DNA of 64,000 nucleotides, from the NCBI GenBank assembly GCA_033854115.1, contig JAWOKS010000025.1, positions 19,781 to 83,780 of the forward strand, in the 5' to 3' direction. A model generated the notes under the pieces. That model saw nothing but the letters and a program-made list of their open reading frames with translations. It searched no databases and was not told the origin of the DNA. The number at the start of each line of letters is the position of its first letter. The stretch's first letter is position 1. The stretch comes from Thermoplasmata archaeon. Lineage in GTDB: Archaea; Thermoplasmatota; Thermoplasmata; Lutacidiplasmatales; UBA184. Below, piece after piece: positions 59,709 through 64,000 of this stretch. Both the position numbers and the translations under genes were made by a program.

Positions 59709-61406
59709 CTATAAACCCCCACCTCCATCGGAACGGGTCGCCGACCCGGGCTCGGCCCCCCGGGCTCCGAGGGCGGCGCTGATCAGCTCGAACTCCGGGG
59801 TCGAGGCGACGAGCGCGAGCGGAAGGTGCCAGCCGCCGACCCTCCAGAGCGACTCCGCGTAGCCCGCCTCCCGCGGCAGACGCGCCCGGGGAAGCCACTC
59901 CGCCTCGGACGCCGACAGCCCGAAGAACGCCCGGCTCGCCTCCGAGACCTCGGGAAGCCGCAGGAGGCCGACGGCGAACAGGTTGCGGAGGAGCGACCGG
60001 CCGCTCGGACGGCCGAGGAAGTCGTCCGGATTCTGCGTGACGAGGAGGACGCCCGCCTCGAAGTGGCGGACATGCCGGACGAGCCGGTCGAGGAACTCGG
60101 TGGTCCCCTCGTGTCGGGCGACGAGGTGGGCCTCGTCGAGCAGGAGGAGTTTCGGGCCGGGCCCCCGGGCGAGCCGGTGGTAGGACCAATCGAGCAGGTA
60201 CGTCAGGTGGAACGGGAGCTGGTCGTCCGGGATCCCCGAGAGGTCGATCGCGGTGAGGGGGTCGTCGACGCGCAGGGTCGTCGGCCCGTTCACGCCGCGG
60301 AGGGACCCCGACCGGAAGACCTCGAGCAGGGTCGCGAGCCGCGCGGCCCCCGGTCCGAGAGCGTCGAGGTCGTCCCGGAGGGCATCGAACGTGACCCCGT
60401 CCGCCGCGCGGTCGTACTCTCGGCTCAACGCGGCATCGAGGAGCGCGGTCTCCTCGTCACGCAGGCTCGGGAAGAGGGCCCGAAGCATGGTGCCGACCCT
60501 TCCGGCCTTCTCGCGACGATCGCCGGCCGTGGTGGCGAGGTCGAGCGGGTTCAGCCGGCCGGACTCCGGGTCCGCGAGGCGCACGACGGTCCCCCCGAGC
60601 GAGCGGACGAGCCGCGAGTACTCCCCGAGGGGATCGAGCACCAGCACCTCCGTCTCGGGCCGGAGCCACCGCGTCCGGAGGACCGTGAGCGCCGCGCCGA
60701 ACGATTTCCCGGAGCCGGTCGTTCCGAAGATCCCCCACGAGTGGCTCGCGTGGGCCCAGCGGTCAAGGAAGACCGGGCTCGCGTCGGCGAGCGCGAGCCC
60801 GAGCAGGACGCCGCCGGGCTCGAGGACCGTCTCGTCGCCGAACGGGAAGAGGGCCCCGACCCCGTCCGTGGTGAGCGTCTGCCAGTACCCTCGGGGCCGC
60901 CCGGAGGACCGGGCGAACGTGAGCGGGGCGAGGGCCTCCGCCGTCTCGTAGCGGGGGACGCGCGTGCGGAACCCGAGCGCGGCGAGCCGCTCGGCGAGCT
61001 GACGGCGGGCGGTCTCCGCCCCGGCCCGCGAGGAGCTGTTCGCGACGAAGCGGAGGCCGGTCCTCCAGAGCTCCTGGACGCGTCCGGCGAGCGCCCGACC
61101 GAGCTCCTCGGCGGCGACGCGCTCGACCTCGAGCTCGGGCGTCGCCGGCCCGCCGCCGCCCGCGGCCAGCTCGGCCTCCGCGACGGCGCGCGCCGCTTGA
61201 ACGACCTCGAGCGCCCGGGCCGGAGGGAGCCGTTCGGCCTCGAGGGCGACGTGGACGGGCGTCGAGGAGGAGGCCACGCGCCCGACGAACCCGAACGGGA
61301 CCTCGGGGGGGAAGCGGTGGACGAGGAGGGGGGCGGCGAAGCGGCGCCCGACCCGGAGCCACGTCGGACCCTCCCACCGGCCCGACGTGCGGTCGCCCGA
61401 CCTCAC
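59709..61406 (-). CDS. VirB4/TrbE/CedB-like type-IV-secretion ATPase
   Basis: Contains WGIFGTTGSGKSFGAALTVL (Walker A), PKLLLLDEAHLVARHEG (Walker B) and GVLLVTQNPDDF. An N-terminal VirB4-like segment is TWLRVGRRFAAPLLVHRFPPEVPFGFVGRV. I place the start at GTG 61406, which overlaps the stop of the upstream gene (GTGA). The 670-aa track ORF is over-extended. Confidence 0.8.
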   Translation of the reverse strand: MRSGDRTSGRWEGPTWLRVGRRFAAPLLVHRFPPEVPFGFVGRVASSSTPVHVALEAERLPPARALEVVQAARAVAEAELAAGGGGPATPELEVERVAAEELGRALAGRVQELWRTGLRFVANSSSRAGAETARRQLAERLAALGFRTRVPRYETAEALAPLTFARSSGRPRGYWQTLTTDGVGALFPFGDETVLEPGGVLLGLALADASPVFLDRWAHASHSWGIFGTTGSGKSFGAALTVLRTRWLRPETEVLVLDPLGEYSRLVRSLGGTVVRLADPESGRLNPLDLATTAGDRREKAGRVGTMLRALFPSLRDEETALLDAALSREYDRAADGVTFDALRDDLDALGPGAARLATLLEVFRSGSLRGVNGPTTLRVDDPLTAIDLSGIPDDQLPFHLTYLLDWSYHRLARGPGPKLLLLDEAHLVARHEGTTEFLDRLVRHVRHFEAGVLLVTQNPDDFLGRPSGRSLLRNLFAVGLLRLPEVSEASRAFFGLSASEAEWLPRARLPREAGYAESLWRVGGWHLPLALVASTPEFELISAALGARGAEPGSATRSDGGGGL

Positions 61407-61777
61407 GGGACCTCCCGCGGTGCCGCCTTCGCCCTCGTCCGACGCCCGGTCGCCCAAAGCGGGACGAGCGCAAGGCCGAGGAGGAACCCGCGCTCGGTCG
61501 CCAGGGCGGGGGGCGGATCGAGGAACAGCCCGACCATCCCCGCGAGCAGGGCGAGGGCCAGCGCCGGAGCGAGCCGGGAACCGGTCGCCGGGCCGGGTCC
61601 GGCCGCCCGTCGTTGCCGGGAGGCCCAGCCCGCGACCGCGAGGGCGGCGAGGGGGAGCAGGACCGGCGCCAGCGTAGGGACGGCGAGCGACAGCGCTCCG
61701 GCGATGACGGCAAGACCGCACGCGGTGCCGAACGCCTCGAACCCGAGGTCGGAGGCCATCCGAGCGCGCCCGATCAT
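61403..61777 (-). CDS. Small integral membrane protein (3-4 TM) of the T4SS-like operon
   Basis: It has hydrophobic segments ACGLAVIAGALSLAVPTLAPVLLPLAALAVAGWA, LAPALALALLAGMVGLFL and GFLLGLALVPLWA. Both gene boundaries overlap their neighbours by 4 nt. Confidence 0.6.
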   Translation of the reverse strand: MIGRARMASDLGFEAFGTACGLAVIAGALSLAVPTLAPVLLPLAALAVAGWASRQRRAAGPGPATGSRLAPALALALLAGMVGLFLDPPPALATERGFLLGLALVPLWATGRRTRAKAAPREVP

Positions 61778-62556
61778 CCCCGCGAGGACCTCTCCCCGAG
61801 GCCCATCTTCCGGCTCGCGTCCTCGAGCGCCCGATCCCGCAGCCGCTCCGGCCGGAGCCCGAGGCCGGCGAGCCGGTCTCGGAGCGCCGCGATCGAACTC
61901 TCGAGCCGGCCGTGGTCCTCCGGACCGGCCCCCTCCACGGCCACGGCGACGTAGACCCGTCGCACGGACCGTCGTCGGGCGAGGAGCCCGACGAGCTCAG
62001 CGTAGCCGTCGCGGGCCTTCCGCTCGGTCCCGACGGGCGCGGGCTCCGCCGGGGCGAGCGCGTTCGCGAAGATCGGGGCGGACGTCGCGACGATCGCGAG
62101 GCTCCCGTCCAGGGACCGGAGGAGCTCGCGGTACTGTTCGAACGTGCGGGCGAGCTCGTCGGGGGGGAGGTAGGCCAGTGGTACCCCGCCCGTGCGGACG
62201 ATCCCGGCCAGCCGGCCGTCCTCGAGCCGCACCGTCGATCTCCTTCGGGTCGGGGAGGCCCGCTCGGGCCCGGTCACGCGGTTCCCTCGGGCGAGCCGTC
62301 GGCCCGTCCAGCGGAGCAGGGGGCCGAGGCGCTCGTGGAGGGGCTCGTGGCCGGGACGCGCCATCGTGAGCGCGGAGGCGAGCAGCACGACCGGGACTCC
62401 GGCCCAGGGCCCCGCCACAAGGGCGAGGATCCCGCCGATTGCGGCCCCGGTGACGAACCCGAGCGCCTCCCGCCCCGAAGGGAAGGGACCGAGCCGAAGC
62501 CTCCGATCGAGGCGTTCGGGCACGGCGACCCGCGGCGGCCCGTCACCGTCGGCCAT
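61774..62556 (-). CDS. PrgI/VirB3-like membrane hairpin fused to a soluble domain resembling the N-terminal segment of Gram-positive-type VirB4
   Basis: Contains MADGDGPPRVAVPERLDRRLRLGPFPSGREALGFVTGAAIGGILALVAGPWAGVPVVLLASALTMA, then STVRLEDGRLAGIVRTGGVPLAYLPPDELARTFEQYRELLRSLDGSLAIVATS. I place the start at ATG 62556 (the track gives 62652). Confidence 0.6.
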   Translation of the reverse strand: MADGDGPPRVAVPERLDRRLRLGPFPSGREALGFVTGAAIGGILALVAGPWAGVPVVLLASALTMARPGHEPLHERLGPLLRWTGRRLARGNRVTGPERASPTRRRSTVRLEDGRLAGIVRTGGVPLAYLPPDELARTFEQYRELLRSLDGSLAIVATSAPIFANALAPAEPAPVGTERKARDGYAELVGLLARRRSVRRVYVAVAVEGAGPEDHGRLESSIAALRDRLAGLGLRPERLRDRALEDASRKMGLGERSSRG

Positions 62557-63682
62557 CCTCGCCCCGCTCCGCGGAATGGAACGGCGGCAGCCGGGGCGGT
62601 CGGTCGCGGAGGCCCGGGCCGTGTCCCAGGTGGCGCGCGAGGTGCCGGGCACCGTGCCCGAGGAGCTCGTGGACGGCGGTGGGGATCGCGAGGGGAGCGG
62701 TCGCGCCGGCCACCGAACGGACGCTCCCGAGGGCCGCGCGGGCGGCCGGGCCCGATGCCGCGGCGGCGCTGGCGGACGGGGCGACCAGCCCGACCCCCGC
62801 CGACGGAGCGCTCGCGAACCCCCGCTGGACGCCGCTCTGGGCGAGCCCGCCGGCGCCCGGGAAGCCGAGGGCGACCAGGTGACCGCCCGCGGTCGAGAGG
62901 AGGAACGGGGCTCCGAGCGCGGCGGTCAGGTAGCCGACGAGGAGGATCGGGTTCGGGCTCCCGACGGCCAGTTCGAGCGGCACGACGAGCACGCACGGGA
63001 GGAACGCGAGCTCCGCGAACAGGAGCCAGGCCCGTCGCGGGATCGAGGAGAGGGGTCGGAACGGCCAGAGCAGGGTGAGGAGCGGGAGGACGACCAGGAG
63101 CGTGGCGAGCACGGCGTCCCGGATCCCCACCGCGAGCAGGAGCCCGAAGACGAGGGCGAACTCCGCGACCGCGAGCACGAACGCGAGCGCCCCGTTGTCC
63201 CAGGAGAAGCGGAGCTCGCCCCAGCCGGCGAGGTCGACCCAGTGGGTCCAGGCCCCCCCGTCCCAGCCCGCGACGACCGGGTAGAGGCCCCCGGCGACCG
63301 AGAGGATCCCCGCCGCGATCGGGACGGTGAAGTTGGCGGCGAAGACCGCGATGACGAGTCGCGTGAGGAGCCCGTCGAACTCGACCGCCCATCGGGCGAC
63401 GGTCGCCCGTGCGAGGTAGAGGAGCGCGACCCCGAGCGCGAGGAGCGCGACGAGCGGGTCGACGACGTTCCCGAGCAGGTACGCGGAGAACGCCGCGGCC
63501 TTCCCGAGGAAGTCCGTGGGGCCGCTTCCGTACACCGCGGGGTAGAGCGCGGACGAGGCGAGCTCGGGGACGAGCAGGTGGTCGTAGGTCGGGCCGACGA
63601 CGGCCGCGACCAGGGCCGTGAGGTCGGCGAAGAGGAGGAAGAGGATCGTGCGGACCAGATCGCCGACGTCGACCGCAAGCAT
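62543..63682 (-). CDS. Polytopic membrane protein (about 7 TM), VirB6/TrbL/CedA-like candidate
   Basis: ORF 62543..63682(-). It has repeated long hydrophobic helices (ILFLLFADLTALVAAVV, LVALLALGVALLYLA, LVIAVFAANFTVPIAAGILSVAGGL, FVLAVAEFALVFGLLLAV, LATLLVVLPLLTLLW, LLFAELAFLPCVLVVPL, ILLVGYLTAALGAPFLL) and a basic/Ala-Ser-rich C-terminal tail. Confidence 0.65.
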   Translation of the reverse strand: MLAVDVGDLVRTILFLLFADLTALVAAVVGPTYDHLLVPELASSALYPAVYGSGPTDFLGKAAAFSAYLLGNVVDPLVALLALGVALLYLARATVARWAVEFDGLLTRLVIAVFAANFTVPIAAGILSVAGGLYPVVAGWDGGAWTHWVDLAGWGELRFSWDNGALAFVLAVAEFALVFGLLLAVGIRDAVLATLLVVLPLLTLLWPFRPLSSIPRRAWLLFAELAFLPCVLVVPLELAVGSPNPILLVGYLTAALGAPFLLSTAGGHLVALGFPGAGGLAQSGVQRGFASAPSAGVGLVAPSASAAAASGPAARAALGSVRSVAGATAPLAIPTAVHELLGHGARHLARHLGHGPGLRDRPPRLPPFHSAERGEDGRR

Positions 63683-63690
63683 CGTTCCTC

Positions 63691-64000
63691 CTACGAGCCC
63701 GTCACGACCCAGTGGGCGAGGCCCCAGACGAGGCCGCTCACGGCCGCGGTGAACAGCAGCGTGCCGACGAGCGCGTCGCGTGCGCGGTCCTTCGCCTGGA
63801 CCTTCTTCGTGATGTCGTTGGAGAACCAGCTGAACGCGACGCGGGCCCAGACGAGCGCAAGGATCCCTCCGCCGGCGAACCCGACCAGCTCCACGAGCCG
63901 GTTGATCGCCGCGGTGAAGTTCGCGACGGGACCGCTCGTCCGATTCGGCGCGGGGGCCGCGTCGGACCCGTTCGAAGAGGGTCCCGGGCCCGGACCGGTC
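63691..64000 (-). CDS. VirB2/TrbC/CedA1-like pilin candidate (5' end beyond the window)
   Basis: The track lists 63691..63894, but the frame stays open to position 64000: ...GPGPGPSSNGSDAAPAPNRTSGPVANFTAAINRL-VELVGFAGGGILALVWARVAFSWFSNDITKKVQAKDRARDALVGTLLFTAAVSGLVWGLAHWVVTGS. It has two hydrophobic helices joined by a short basic loop at the C-terminus, as in VirB2-type pilins. Confidence 0.5.
   Translation of the reverse strand, partial: TGPGPGPSSNGSDAAPAPNRTSGPVANFTAAINRLVELVGFAGGGILALVWARVAFSWFSNDITKKVQAKDRARDALVGTLLFTAAVSGLVWGLAHWVVTGS

Noticed and set aside
1-64000. Search by eye for CRISPR arrays, rRNA genes, integrases/transposases, terminal inverted repeats, and long tandem or dispersed repeats.
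   Set aside because: I saw no regularly spaced direct repeats, no rRNA-like conserved blocks, and no recombinase motifs (R..H..R..Y tyrosine recombinase or DDE signatures) in any credible ORF. A computational repeat search would be needed to exclude short att-type repeats.

Overview
This window reads as a very GC-rich archaeal chromosome segment. GC was judged by eye, not computed. The archaeal hallmarks are ribosomal protein L7Ae, an archaeal-type SRP (7S) RNA, an archaeal-type TyrRS, Lrp/AsnC and HxlR regulators, a pyruvate:ferredoxin oxidoreductase, a DUF835-type response regulator, and short A/T-rich TATA-like boxes about 25-30 nt upstream of many start codons, which suggests mostly leaderless mRNAs.

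I can support about 58 protein-coding genes, 2 tRNAs (Leu-CAG, Glu-UUC) and 1 SRP RNA. I saw no rRNA, CRISPR array, integrase or transposase. Genes are tightly packed. Co-directional neighbours often overlap by 4 nt (ATGA/GTGA), and three convergent gene pairs share overlapping stop codons inside the palindrome CTAG.

Most of the content is housekeeping or metabolic:
- glyA, glnA/lrp, porGD-A-B, and pstSCAB-phoU
- two paralogous dye-linked dehydrogenase modules, one of them next to a P5C dehydrogenase
- a cluster of PLP and aldehyde-dehydrogenase genes for amine or amino-acid metabolism
- a PAS histidine kinase with two response-regulator-like genes

Because of the GC content, almost every real gene is shadowed by long Arg/Pro/Gly-rich antisense or off-frame ORFs in the supplied track. 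I rejected these.

The most interesting loci are:
1. A type-IV-secretion / Ced-Ted-like DNA-transfer cluster at the right edge (59709 to beyond 64000). It has a VirB2-like pilin, a VirB6-like polytopic membrane protein, a VirB3/PrgI-like protein, a small membrane protein and a VirB4-like ATPase. It sits next to an orphan beta-class DNA methyltransferase and is cut by the window end.
2. A translationally coupled trio at 9922-13171: a 48-aa ORF, an 862-aa HerA/FtsK-like ATPase with a wHTH and a nuclease-like C-terminus, and a 2H-phosphoesterase (LigT-like). An unusual ~580-bp stretch without a credible ORF lies just upstream.
3. A 758-aa HhH / long coiled-coil / KaiC-like ATPase.

All functional calls rest on motifs I recognised by eye in the translations. 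No database search was run.
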